From assembly GCA_965198005.1 (NCBI GenBank), contig CBDAOI010000002.1, positions 320,001 through 384,000 of the forward strand: DNA of 64,000 bases, read 5' to 3'. The translations under genes and the position numbers were made by a program. The DNA is from Spirochaetia bacterium (lineage in GTDB: Bacteria > Spirochaetota > Spirochaetia > SZUA-6 > Bin103). The notes below the pieces were generated by a model, which made no database searches, had not been told where the DNA came from, and was given only the letters and a program-made list of their open reading frames with translations. This document shows, piece after piece, positions 40,772 through 53,624 of the stretch (within the stretch, counting starts at the first letter, position 1; each line of letters opens with the position of its first letter).

Positions 40772-41727
40772 CCCGGAAGCTCCACCCGCAGGTCGTCCTG
40801 CTCCCCGTGATAGCGGGTCACGATCGCCCCCGGCTCCACGTCCCGCGTCACCCACGCGTTGGCGCCGATGATCGAGCCCCGCCCCAGCCGCGTGCGCCCC
40901 AGGATGGTCGCCCCCGAGTAGATGATCACCCCGTCTTCCACAATCGGGTGGCGCGGTATCCCCTTCACCGGCTGCCCGTGACGGTCCAGCGGAAAGCTCT
41001 TGGCCCCGAGCGTCGCGCCCTGATAGATCCGCACGTTGCGCCCGATCTCGCAGGTCTCGCCGATCACCACCCCGGTGCCGTGGTCGATGAAGAACCGCTC
41101 GCCGATGCTGGCCCCGGGATGGATGTCGATCCCGGTCGTGCTGTGCGCATGCTCGGATATGATCCGCGGAATCAACGGAATCTCGAGCCGATACAACTCG
41201 TGCGAGATGCGGTGCTGAATGATCGTGCGCACGCCGGGGTAGCTGAAGATCACCTCGTCGTGGCTGATCGCCGCCGGATCGCCGGTGTACGCGGCCTCGA
41301 CGTCCAGCACCACCAGCCGCTGCAGCTCCGGCAGCCGGCTCAGGAGCTGACGCGTGGCAGCCGCGGCGCGCTCCTCGTTCTTGCGCCGGAGCTGCTCCGG
41401 CGACCCGGCGCCCTGCCACCGGGACCATTGGGCGAACACCAGCCCGCGCACGATCTGCTCCTGCAGGTGGCGCAGCTTCTCCTCCAGGATCGAGCCGACG
41501 CGAAACCGCAGCCCCTCCGTCATCTGCACCAGCCCGAAGTACCCGGGAAACAGCGCCGACCGCAGTCCCTCCACCACCCCCACCAGCACCCCCGGCGACG
41601 GCGGCTGAAACCCCACCCCCGCCGCCTGCCGAGCCGCCACCGCCGGACTGGCACAGAGCTGATCGACAATCGCCCCAATCGATCCGATCGAGTCGGTGGT
41701 CGGCTGCGAATGCGCGCCGTGGGCCAT
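40768..41727 (-). CDS. cysE: Serine O-acetyltransferase (EpsC/CysE family)
   Basis: GDPAA, SYPG, HAHSTTGIDIHPGA, IDHGTGVVIGET, YQGATLGA, RHP. Confidence 0.94.
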   Translation of the reverse strand: MAHGAHSQPTTDSIGSIGAIVDQLCASPAVAARQAAGVGFQPPSPGVLVGVVEGLRSALFPGYFGLVQMTEGLRFRVGSILEEKLRHLQEQIVRGLVFAQWSRWQGAGSPEQLRRKNEERAAAATRQLLSRLPELQRLVVLDVEAAYTGDPAAISHDEVIFSYPGVRTIIQHRISHELYRLEIPLIPRIISEHAHSTTGIDIHPGASIGERFFIDHGTGVVIGETCEIGRNVRIYQGATLGAKSFPLDRHGQPVKGIPRHPIVEDGVIIYSGATILGRTRLGRGSIIGANAWVTRDVEPGAIVTRYHGEQDDLRVELPG

Positions 41728-41900
41728 CCCCGCTGTTGTAGACCAGCGCCGTACGCCGGTCAAGTACCGCCCCGAGGCCGCCGGGCCGTGCCGGGACCGA
41801 AGATTCCTGAAAAAAGTCCCAAGGAATCCCCCATTTGGGGGACGACTCCAGCCCAGCCGGGAACCCACACTGGCGCAAACTGTGCTGACTGGAGTAGACG

Positions 41901-43046
41901 ATGACCCGAACCAAGCCCACAAAGCCTGCATTCTTCCTGATACCGATGGCGTTGCTCGCTTGCGCGCTGGTGCTGATAAGTGGCTGCAACTTTTTTGGAG
42001 GCGGCGGAGGAACCGCGGATAGCAACGCGGGAATCGCGTGGCAGCTCGTACGCACCGGCGGCGGCCTGGAGTCCCCGGCGGGGACGACGGGAGAACCTCT
42101 CCTGAGCGTAGCCTGGGGCGACGGCCGCTTCGTCGCGGTCGGGCGCGAAAGTACCATTCTGCACAGCGACGACGGCACGAGTTGGACGGCGGCGAGCCAA
42201 AATCCCGATCTCTGGGTGTTTGTCGTTGCCTCCGGCGATTCGCGCTTCATAGGAATCGCGTGGGACGCGCCGCGTGGTGTCAACATCATCGCGCACAGCA
42301 CGGACGGCGATATCTGGGAGAGGGGGCCGGAGATCGAGTTGGACGGCGATGCCCGGTGGCTCCGCGACATCGCCTGGGACGGCAGGCGTTTCGTGGCGGT
42401 CGGGGATATGGGCTCGATCATGCACAGCGCCGATGGCGAGAGCTGGACGAACGCGAGCACGACCGCTACCGAGGAGAGGCTTTTTGGAGTTGTCTGGAAT
42501 GGCAGTCATTTTGTCGCGGTTGGGAACAACGGGACCACCGTGCACAGCGCCGATGGCGACCGCTGGACTGAGGCCAGCGCTACCGGTACGGAAGAGTGGC
42601 TTCAAGCCGTAACTTGGGGCGACGGCCGCTTCGTCGCGGTCGGGCGGGGCGGCACGATCATCCACAGCGCTGACGGAGCCACCTGGAAGGCGGCGAGCGT
42701 CACCGCTACCGGGGCAGACCTATTCGGTGTAGCCTACGGTGACGGCCGTTTCGTCGCCGTCGGCGACGGCATAATCCTTCACAGCGCTGATGCGAACCAG
42801 TGGACCGCGTCCAGCGACACCGCAATTACGAATTGGTTCTTCGAGGTCGCGCACGGCGCTACCCACTTCATCGCAATCGCGTTGAACAACGATCCCCCCA
42901 GCAGCAAGATCGTACGGAGCACCGACGGAACCACCTGGAACGAGGCCACCGACACCGACATTCCAGGCTATATTGGGGACGTCGCTTACGGTGCCAATCG
43001 CTTCGTCGCCGTCGGCGACAACGGCACAATCGTAACCAGCCCGTAA
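41901..43046 (+). CDS. Beta-propeller (BNR/WD40-YVTN-like) repeat lipoprotein
   Basis: Lipobox LISG-C; about 8 repeats of LxxVAWGDGRFVAVG..GTI.HSADG..W. Confidence 0.85.
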   Translation: MTRTKPTKPAFFLIPMALLACALVLISGCNFFGGGGGTADSNAGIAWQLVRTGGGLESPAGTTGEPLLSVAWGDGRFVAVGRESTILHSDDGTSWTAASQNPDLWVFVVASGDSRFIGIAWDAPRGVNIIAHSTDGDIWERGPEIELDGDARWLRDIAWDGRRFVAVGDMGSIMHSADGESWTNASTTATEERLFGVVWNGSHFVAVGNNGTTVHSADGDRWTEASATGTEEWLQAVTWGDGRFVAVGRGGTIIHSADGATWKAASVTATGADLFGVAYGDGRFVAVGDGIILHSADANQWTASSDTAITNWFFEVAHGATHFIAIALNNDPPSSKIVRSTDGTTWNEATDTDIPGYIGDVAYGANRFVAVGDNGTIVTSP

Positions 43047-43264
43047 TACGGATAGACGCAGGAGGAACGTCGCATGCCAGACACGACACGACCTACAGGT
43101 CGAAGACAACGGAAATAATCGGTACTTCAGATTCACCAAGAAGCTTCCAAAGCTGCAAGCTACCTGCCGAGATAGCTCGGTCACGGATTGAGAAGGCCGT
43201 CGAAACGTCTGTGCTCAGACGCAGCTTAAGTTCGACATGTCTCGGCGAAGCGGCCGTCGGAACA

Positions 43265-43575
43265 GATCGATCTCGTTCTGCAGCAACAGCACCGGCGCAA
43301 CCGGCGCGGCCCCGTCCGGCGCCGGCGCAACCTCGGGACCGAACTGCAGGTTGGCTCCCGGCGCGACCACGATCTGATTCTCGCCGCGCCGGTCGACCAG
43401 GATCAGCGCGACCCCCGAAGCCCTGCCCCGGCAGCGTCACCAGCCGGTCGGCGATCACGCCCGCCTGCTCCAGACGGGCGCGCCCGGCCCGCCCATAGTC
43501 GTCGTCCCCCACCGCGCCGATGAACGTGGTCGCCGCCCCGGCGCGCGCCGCCCGCAGTCAACCCGGAAGCTCCAC
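43265..43575 (-). pseudogene. Diverged ribokinase remnant with the cysE stop junction
   Basis: Matches ~40312-40600 joined to ~40751-40785 (TCAACCCGGAAGCTCCAC). Confidence 0.85.
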
Positions 43576-43628
43576 GGACTGGCGCGTTGCGGCGGATGGA
43601 GGGCTACCGCGTCATCGTCACGATCCGG

Positions 43629-44021
43629 TCATGCGAGCTCGATGTGGATAGCCAGCCCGGGCGTCCGCAGGAGGCGGCCGTCGCCGGTTACCAGCACGGC
43701 CGACAGCGCTTCCGTAAGAGCGACGTAAACCGCATCGTAGGCGCTCACGTTGTCGCGGAGTTGCCACATGCGATCGAGAAACAGCTCATGCGAGTAGCGT
43801 TCGACATCAAGTTGGCGCCACTGGTCGAGCGCGAGCTCGCCGCGGTCGGCAGTCACCAATCCACGTAACGTGTAGCGACGGAGCACGTCCGCGATCTCCA
43901 CGTCGATGAGGTGCGGTACGTGAATGCTCACGGCGGGGGTCTCTATGCGCTTCGCGACGCGTTTACCGGCGGTTGTGTTCAGCAACAACTCGACCGCACC
44001 GGAGGCATCCAGTACGAACAA
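43629..44021 (-). CDS. vapC: VapC-family PIN toxin
   Basis: VLDASGAVE, PHLIDVEI, NVSAYDAVYVAL, LVTGD. Confidence 0.92.
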   Translation of the reverse strand: MFVLDASGAVELLLNTTAGKRVAKRIETPAVSIHVPHLIDVEIADVLRRYTLRGLVTADRGELALDQWRQLDVERYSHELFLDRMWQLRDNVSAYDAVYVALTEALSAVLVTGDGRLLRTPGLAIHIELA

Positions 44022-44027
44022 CCCGCT

Positions 44028-44303
44028 TTACCGGGCTCGGTCCGGGAATTCGGCGTCGTCGGTAAGCGGCTCGCCACGAGCTTGGCGCTCTGCGCGGAGC
44101 GCGTCCGCTGGAGATGGATCAAGGGTCACACGTGGCTGCCGGCGGATCGCGGCAAGCAGCTCCAGCCTGCTCGGCCGCTCCAGCGCCCGCTCGATTGCCG
44201 TCATTACGTATTGCGACATCGAGACCCCTTCCAGCGCCGCGCGGGCTTTCAGCCGGCGATGCATGGCCACCGGAACGTTGCGAATCTGGATCATCGTGGA
44301 CAT
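44028..44303 (-). CDS. FitA/VapB-like ribbon-helix-helix antitoxin
   Basis: MIQIRNVP...HRRLKARAALEGVSMSQY; directly upstream of vapC. Confidence 0.88.
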   Translation of the reverse strand: MSTMIQIRNVPVAMHRRLKARAALEGVSMSQYVMTAIERALERPSRLELLAAIRRQPRVTLDPSPADALRAERQARGEPLTDDAEFPDRAR

Positions 44304-44319
44304 GTAATCAATATGAAAA

Positions 44320-44334
44320 CATGAACATTTCATG
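44320..44334. promoter_or_regulatory. Candidate vapBC autoregulatory operator
   Basis: Palindrome CATGAA-CAT-TTCATG in the AT-rich promoter region. Confidence 0.5.
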
Positions 44335-44869
44335 TCGACCCCGCGTTGGCCAGCACGGCAGCCGCAGCGAACGGCGCGGCCAGCCACCGGGCGCGGCGCG
44401 CGTCCCAGCCGCGCTTCCGGAGCAAGTAGCCGGTCAGCAGCGGCAGCACGAACAGGGAGGCGTTGCGTGCGTAGAACCCCTCACTGGCGGCGCTGCCGAA
44501 GTGGTGGCCGAACAACTCGGGAACCTTGATCGCCGCCGCCGCGGCGAGCGCGATGCCCACTACCACGGCGGTCTCGGTGCGCCCGCCGCCAGCCGGAACG
44601 CCGCCGGCGGGTTCGGCCACCAGTTGCTTCCACCACCGCTCGGAGTGGACGCGCGCGAACTCGCGGCACGCCGCGTCGATGTTTCCCATCCGCCTGACCG
44701 CGACCAGCAAGGCCTCGTCGGCCGCCAGGCCGGTAGCCAGCAGCGCGGCCACCTGCTCGCGCAGATGGACTTCCATCTCCTCCACGTCGGTGGGATCGAC
44801 TGCCCGGCCGTGCAGCAGGTGCGCCCGCCACTGGGCAATCTGCGTCTCCAGGGTGTTCTCGTCCGCCAT
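44330..44869 (-). pseudogene. Permease-prefix-domain membrane protein, 3'-truncated by the vapBC module
   Basis: DVEEME.HLREQ..L...GL..DEA.LVAVRRMG....REFA; the ORF ends abruptly within the TM region. Confidence 0.7.
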
Positions 44870-45036
44870 GCGCTATATCTTCTAGCCAGCTACAGTATGG
44901 CAGGCAATGTAGTACGCAACAGCTTACCGCCCGGCGGGAAACGCCCGGCCGGCGCCGGTCACGCGGCCGCGCCTCGTTGCTCAGGAGCTTCCCACCGGGC
45001 GGGGCCCGGCGTGGTCATGCAAGAAACTGTTGTTTC

Positions 45037-45864
45037 TTAGGAGAAGGTCGTCGCCATCCAGCGCACCTCACCGGCAACTGCGGTCCCGCGATGGGGCCAC
45101 GGCACCGGTGGTCGCCGCTGATTGTCGCTCACCAGGACCCAGCGCCCGGTCTGATCCTTGCCCGCGCGCCGCACGATCAACTCGTCGCCGATGCGCAGCA
45201 CGAAGATGTGCCCGAGACGGCGCCGGCGGCGTTGGTGATCGACCAGGATCGAGCAGCCGCCCGGCAGCGTTGGCTGCATCGCGTCTCCCCGCACCTCCAT
45301 GATCGTGCAGCGGTCGGGATCGATCGCGTGGCGCTCGAGCCAACTGCGTTGAAACGCGAGGTAGCCGACGACGGGCGCGCGCTCCAGCTCGGGGCCGCCC
45401 CCGGCCGCCGGGTCAGGGGTGCGCATCGCCACGTACGCTGGATCGCGCCGGTCTCCGGCCTCGGGCAGGGCGGCGTTGCGCCTGGACTCGGTAAGCTCGC
45501 GGAGCAGCAGAGCCAGATCTTCGCGCAGCCCGGCGCGCAACTCCTGCCGCAGCTTCATCGCCCACGTGGGGGACTGCTCAGCGGCGGGCGGAGCAGGGGC
45601 TCGGTCGACCGTGCCAGCCGTGTAGGGGGTGGAGCCGCTCGCGATCCGCGTCGTATCCGCTACGCGCGGCGGTCCGACGTAGAACTCCAGACCGAGGGCC
45701 GAGGTAGCGAGTTCCAGGGTGGTGCTCAACGCCGCCCGCCCGTGCAGGATGCTGCGAAGCTGTCCGACGGGTATCCCGGTGCGGGCCGAGAGCGGCCGCA
45801 GGCCCTCTCGTTCGACTTGAGCGCGTACCACCGAGCGGAGATGTTCCAGCCCCTGACGTGTCAC
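45037..45864 (-). CDS. Phage CI-like repressor: HTH plus S24 peptidase-like domain
   Basis: N-terminal HTH (..ALGLEFYVGPPR), AAGGG, LAFQRSWL, VRGDAMQPTL, W.LVSDN. Start approximate. Confidence 0.85.
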   Translation of the reverse strand: MTRQGLEHLRSVVRAQVEREGLRPLSARTGIPVGQLRSILHGRAALSTTLELATSALGLEFYVGPPRVADTTRIASGSTPYTAGTVDRAPAPPAAEQSPTWAMKLRQELRAGLREDLALLLRELTESRRNAALPEAGDRRDPAYVAMRTPDPAAGGGPELERAPVVGYLAFQRSWLERHAIDPDRCTIMEVRGDAMQPTLPGGCSILVDHQRRRRRLGHIFVLRIGDELIVRRAGKDQTGRWVLVSDNQRRPPVPWPHRGTAVAGEVRWMATTFS

Positions 45865-45973
45865 GTGTAACACGATACCGGAAAATCCGAAAAAATCCAC
45901 CAGGATCAATCGTGGATCAATCGACAGGGGGGCGGGGTGGACAGGGTGGACAGAGCGTGCTACATATGACACG
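45857..45973. promoter_or_regulatory. Two inverted 18-bp operators CGTG-N10-CACG at the ends of the CI/Cro intergenic region
   Basis: 45857-45874 CGTGTCACGTGTAACACG versus the reverse complement of 45956-45973, CGTGTCATATGTAGCACG (15/18). Confidence 0.65.
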
Positions 45974-45982
45974 GTACACGCC

Positions 45983-46288
45983 ATGCATGACACGGAAGAG
46001 TGGCTGTCCCGCCTCTGCACGATCTTCGCCAGGCTTACGCGGCGCCGGCTGTCGACGGTCTCACGCTTGGCGACCGGTAGCGGCGAGACGATCGCCCGTC
46101 TGAAGCGAGGCCGTACCATCACGATCCGCCGCGCGGCTCGGGCGCTCAAGTACCTGTCCGACCACTGGCCCGACGACAAGGAGTGGCCTACCGAGATCCC
46201 GCGGCCCAAGGACGCCGCGCGTGACCGCCGCCGGTTGAGGTGGTCCTGGAGAATTGGACAGGGGGTTAAGGTGTATTCCAGGCTATGA
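45983..46288 (+). CDS. Cro-like small DNA-binding protein
   Basis: LSTVSRLATGSG....RL..G..IT.RRA..AL..LSD.WP....WP..IPRP; divergent from the CI-like gene. Confidence 0.7.
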   Translation: MHDTEEWLSRLCTIFARLTRRRLSTVSRLATGSGETIARLKRGRTITIRRAARALKYLSDHWPDDKEWPTEIPRPKDAARDRRRLRWSWRIGQGVKVYSRL

Positions 46289-46347
46289 GGAGGGCCAAGG
46301 AGCGCCGGAGCGCCGAGCGGCATCTGCCTACCGTTCGGGTATCGGCG

Positions 46348-47509
46348 ATGAGCCAGCAGGACAAGTTCGAGCGCATCATGGCGGCGCTGCACGAAGCGAT
46401 GCTGGACGACTCCAAGTGGCAAGAGGCAGCGACCCTGATCGACGACGCGTGCGGCGTTACCGGCTCTCATCTCGTGATCGTCGGCGGCCGCTCGCGCCAC
46501 GACGCCAAATCGCTCTTTGACCAAGCCTGCTACCGTGGGAGCTCCCGCGAAGAACCAGGACGCGACTACGCCGCACACTTACTTTCCCCGCGACCAGCGC
46601 AATTCCCGCCTGGCTACTCTCCCTGACCGGCGTGCCACGCACGTGCCTGACCTCTACACCGAACGGGAGCTGCGATCCTGCGCGACCTTCCATGAAGTGC
46701 TGCGCCGCGGCGGTGCTCAAGTTGGCCTGAACATACGCCTGGACGGCCCGAATGGGCTGCAAATCGTCTGGGCAATCGCCAACCCGACTGCTCCGGAAGG
46801 CTGGAACTCCGGGCAGGTAGCCATGATCAGGCGTCTGCTGCCCCACATTCGCCAGTTCGTCCGGGTCCGCCAAGCGCTGGCCGACGCCGAGGCCCTGGGG
46901 GCATCGCTCGCCGACCGACTCGACGACATGAGGATCGGTATGATCTGCCTCGATTGGCGCGGGATGATCGTCGAGGCCAACTCCCGCGCCCGCGCGATCC
47001 TGCGGCACCGCGACGGCCTGGTCGATCGCGGTGGCTTCCTGCATGCACGGATGGCCGCGGACGACCGGCGACTCGGGAATTTGTTTGTGGACGCTCTGCC
47101 ACGCTCCGGCCGCGCGGCGACCAGCGGTTCGACGTCGGTCACCCGTTCGTCCGCACTACCGGGGTTCGCGCTACACCTGAGGCCGGTGGACCTTGACGAC
47201 GCCGGTTTCGGCCTTGGCCCGTTCGCGGTGATGGTGCTGATCGTCGACCCGAGGGCGACGCCGAGCATCGACCCCGAGCACGTTGCCGCGGTGCTCGGCC
47301 TCACGCCGGCGGAGAGCCGGGTGGCGGTGGCGTTGGCCGAGGGCAAGACCATGCGCGACATCGCGGCGGCCACGCATCGAGCGGAAAGCACGGTGCGCGA
47401 GCTGGTCAAGCGTATCCACGTCAAACTCGACGTCTCGCGGCGGGCAGACCTGGTGCGTATCGTCGTGTCGCTCGCCGGTAGTTCCGGGAGCCAAGATTCA
47501 AGCTCGTGA
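46348..47509 (+). pseudogene. GAF/PAS-LuxR helix-turn-helix regulator with a frameshift near 46575
   Basis: The MSQQDKFERI...GRDY frame switches to YFPRDQR...LGLTPAESRVAVALAEGKT..DIA. Confidence 0.78.
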
Positions 47510-47656
47510 CCCAAGACTCGCGATCCCCGCATGACCGTGACGTACCCGGCTCTTGCGGATGAGCGGATGGTGTCGGCGAAGAGCGGCGCCGGAGGCGCCG
47601 TTCGCACCGTTCGCAGTGGACGCTGACCGACGCTCGGTGTAGAATCGACGCGAGCC

Positions 47657-48004
47657 ATGGCTGTGCTTTCGGTGCCACGCCCACTGCAGGAGCGCCTGGG
47701 GGACGTTGCGACCGCGTCCCTGGTGGAGATGCTGCGCCAGCTCGAAGATGACCAGGAAGAGCGGCGCGAGGTCCAGAAAGAGCATCTGTTCCAACTGCTG
47801 GAGGAACGGTTTCTCCGTCACGTCGCGGAATCGGAACAGCGGACGCGCAAGGAGATCGCCGACCTACGGCCGGATCTCAGCAAGGAGATCACCGGCGTCC
47901 ACAAGGAGATTACGGTACAGACCCGGTGGATTGTGGCGGTAATGGCAGCCGCGGCGGTGCTGATCCCGATCATGCTGCGGGTCATGGAGGCAATCATTCC
48001 TTAG
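47657..48004 (+). CDS. DUF1640/CCDC90-like coiled-coil membrane-anchored protein
   Basis: VPRPLQERLG..A..SLVEML, coiled coil, C-terminal TRWIV plus TM helix. Confidence 0.65.
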   Translation: MAVLSVPRPLQERLGDVATASLVEMLRQLEDDQEERREVQKEHLFQLLEERFLRHVAESEQRTRKEIADLRPDLSKEITGVHKEITVQTRWIVAVMAAAAVLIPIMLRVMEAIIP

Positions 48005-48245
48005 CCCCGCGCTGCTGCCGCTGCGAGCACGGCGCGCCAAGCGGGTTACGCCTACTCCGACTGGCGCCCGGCGCCGGCCCCGCAGAGGGTCGCTGCTCCG
48101 ACTCTGGTCCCGGTCAGCGCGCGCTCCTGGGTATTCTCACCGGTTGAGACCGTGCCGGCTCTCAACGTCCACCACTGGCAGGAGCCGTTCCCGGTGACCG
48201 TGGAGGCGCTGCCGAACGACGACGACTCGGCATCGCCTATATGAA

Positions 48246-48286
48246 CAGACATATGTCTTGTTATTGCAGACTCTTGTCTGTAACAT
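48246..48286 (+). promoter_or_regulatory. dnaE2 promoter (TTGTTA-17-TAACAT) overlapped by two CAGAC-N4-GTCT palindromes
   Basis: AGACATATGTCT at 48247-48258 and AGACTCTTGTCT at 48268-48279. Confidence 0.62.
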
Positions 48287-48293
48287 GGGCGAC

Positions 48294-51631
<3,338 letters not shown>

Positions 51632-51635
<4 letters not shown>

Positions 51636-52389
51636 CAAACACACGAGAATGGACGATTCCGACCTTCCTTGATCCGAAAATGGGCAATCTTACGAAGGTA
51701 AAGCGCTGGGTTGGCTATGAACACGATCCGGGGATCGTTGCTGTCAGAGACATACTCCGTCTATCGGAAACCGTCGGTATTTACCGATCATACTCGTTGT
51801 TGGAGCGGGCTTCCAAATCAGCTACATTCCATGAGGATATTCAAAGCATAGTTTCTGATGATCCCGACGATGACCCCTACGGTCTTGGCTACGGGCGTGT
51901 GATGTCTCAAGTCGCTGAGAAGAGGTATCCGTCGCGGGCAGCCGTGCACGTAAGCTACTATTCGGGGTCCACCTTACTCAGCAAGGCTATCGCACCGAGA
52001 ACTGCCGCCGATCTTGATGTTGTATTGTCGGCGCGTTTTCCGATCACTGGTCGTGCTCGCCAAGCCAGATTGGCGGGTCCGATTCACTTTCTTGCGAGAC
52101 TCCTGGAAACGTGGGGTCTTACGCGGGCAGATGCAACTACGCTGCTCGGCCTGGAGGCAGCCGATCAACCCTACGTAAGCGAACTGTTCAGCGGACACGC
52201 TCCTCTACGTGGCCGCGACACGAAGGATCGGATCGCTTATCTGTTTCGCATCCGCAAGACCCTTTCCGCATTATTTCGAAACGAAGAAGTAGAGAATGAC
52301 TGGCTTCGAGAGCCACACTCTTGCTGGAAGGATCGATGGAGAATCTCTTGCTCGTAAAGGAGTACGTTGAAGCAGCGGCGGGCCGATAG
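51632..52389 (+). pseudogene. Xre/MbcA/ParS-type antitoxin with a long N-terminal extension and C-terminal frameshift
   Basis: RLLETWGL...LLG...KDRIAYLFRIRKTL..LF...WLREPH, then out-of-frame LLEGSMENLLLVKEYVE. Confidence 0.7.
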
Positions 52390-52391
52390 GG

Positions 52392-52725
52392 ATGCTCGAA
52401 TCGATTCCCTCTGAACGGCGGAATACGCCCGTGTTTCGCTTCGCGAGCTATCGGGACGACGGGGAGTTCATGGAGGAGCAGAGACACGATCGGCAACGCA
52501 TCGCCGAACTCACCGACCTGCTGCAGTCGTGTGGATCCTTGCGACTATGGTTTTTGCAATAGGCTGGGCGCCGAGGCGAAGGCAACCTCACTCGACGGGT
52601 TGATCGCACCGTCGGTGAGGTATCCCGGCGGAACGAACGTCCCCGTGTTTGAACGTTCCGCGATCGGCCACCCAAGAGATCTCACGCTCGTCCAGGTTAC
52701 ATGTAGACATCCATCGGGATCGTAA
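52392..52725 (+). pseudogene. RES-domain toxin, internally deleted
   Basis: Short N-terminus joined out of frame to DYGFC.RLG.EA....DGLIAPSVRYPGGTNVPVF. Confidence 0.7.
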
Positions 52726-52863
52726 CGGCGCGCCCCGTGCCCCGGCGCGCGCCGCACCCTCCCCTCAGGAGCCACGACGTCCACTGACACCCGTCCCTCA
52801 TTCGCTTAGGCGCCTCACCCGACCGCCGACCCGTGCCGACCCGTGCCGACCCGCACCGGCCGC

Positions 52864-52893
52864 TTGACGGGTGCGCGGGGGGTGGGGTACGAT
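52864..52893 (+). promoter_or_regulatory. Sigma70 promoter of the pyr operon
   Basis: TTGACG-18 bp-TACGAT just upstream of the PyrR site. Confidence 0.7.
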
Positions 52894-52899
52894 ACCGGC

Positions 52900-52935
52900 A
52901 TCCTTTAAGCCGGTCCGGTGAGGCCGGGAAGGGCG
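52900..52935 (+). ncRNA. PyrR-binding RNA leader element
   Basis: CCTTTAA-G-CCGGTCCGGTGAGGCCGG-GAAGG matches the PyrR loop consensus; located upstream of pyrR. Confidence 0.88.
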
Positions 52936-53060
52936 GACATTGCACACCGATCCTACGATCTTGAACGGCCGGGAGCGTCTCCGGCCCGCATCGTCGCGGT
53001 TCAGCGCACCGACACCGGCGCCTGCACCGCCCGCGCCGCGGGCTCAGGAACGGGCCGACC

Positions 53061-53624
53061 ATGGCTGAACAACCGCGGCGGCACGCCGAGCGCCGCATTC
53101 TCAATGCGGCCGACCTGGAGCGCTGCCTGACGCGGCTGGCGCACGAGGTGGTGGAGCGCAACCGTACGGTCGACCAGATGGTGTTTGTGGGCATCCGCAC
53201 CCGCGGGGTGCCGCTGGCACGGCGCTTGCAGCACTTGGTGCGGCAGATCACCGGCGTCGAGCCGCCGCTGGGCGTGCTCGACATCAGCCTGTACCGCGAC
53301 GACCTGAGTCACGTGGCCAGCTCGCCCGTGGTCGGCCGGACGGAGATCGACTTCGCCCTCGACGACCGCGTGGTGGTGCTGGTGGACGACGTGCTCTACA
53401 CCGGCCGCACCACCCGGGCCGCGCTCGACGCCCTGATCGAGTTCGGGCGCCCGCGCCGGATTCAGCTTGCCGTGGTGATCGACCGCGGCCATCGCGAGTA
53501 CCCGATCCGCGCCGACTACGTGGGCAAGAACGTCCCCACCAGCAGTGAGGAGATCGTGCACGTACGGCTGCAGGACACCGACGCCATCGAGGAGGTGGTC
53601 ATTGCCTACCGAGACCAGCACTGA
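53061..53624 (+). CDS. pyrR: Pyrimidine operon regulator / uracil phosphoribosyltransferase
   Basis: [49 protein letters not shown]. Confidence 0.96.
   Translation: MAEQPRRHAERRILNAADLERCLTRLAHEVVERNRTVDQMVFVGIRTRGVPLARRLQHLVRQITGVEPPLGVLDISLYRDDLSHVASSPVVGRTEIDFALDDRVVVLVDDVLYTGRTTRAALDALIEFGRPRRIQLAVVIDRGHREYPIRADYVGKNVPTSSEEIVHVRLQDTDAIEEVVIAYRDQH

Noticed and set aside
44924-44985. Similarity to the sequence downstream of rbsK (39631-39680)
   Set aside because: Short, gapped and very GC-rich; cannot be distinguished from chance by eye.
45037-48004. Prophage
   Set aside because: No integrase, replication, structural or lysis genes.
48050-48243. Open frame ending HWQEPFPVTVEALPNDDD, possibly an adhesin-repeat remnant
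   Set aside because: No start codon and too little similarity to support a call.
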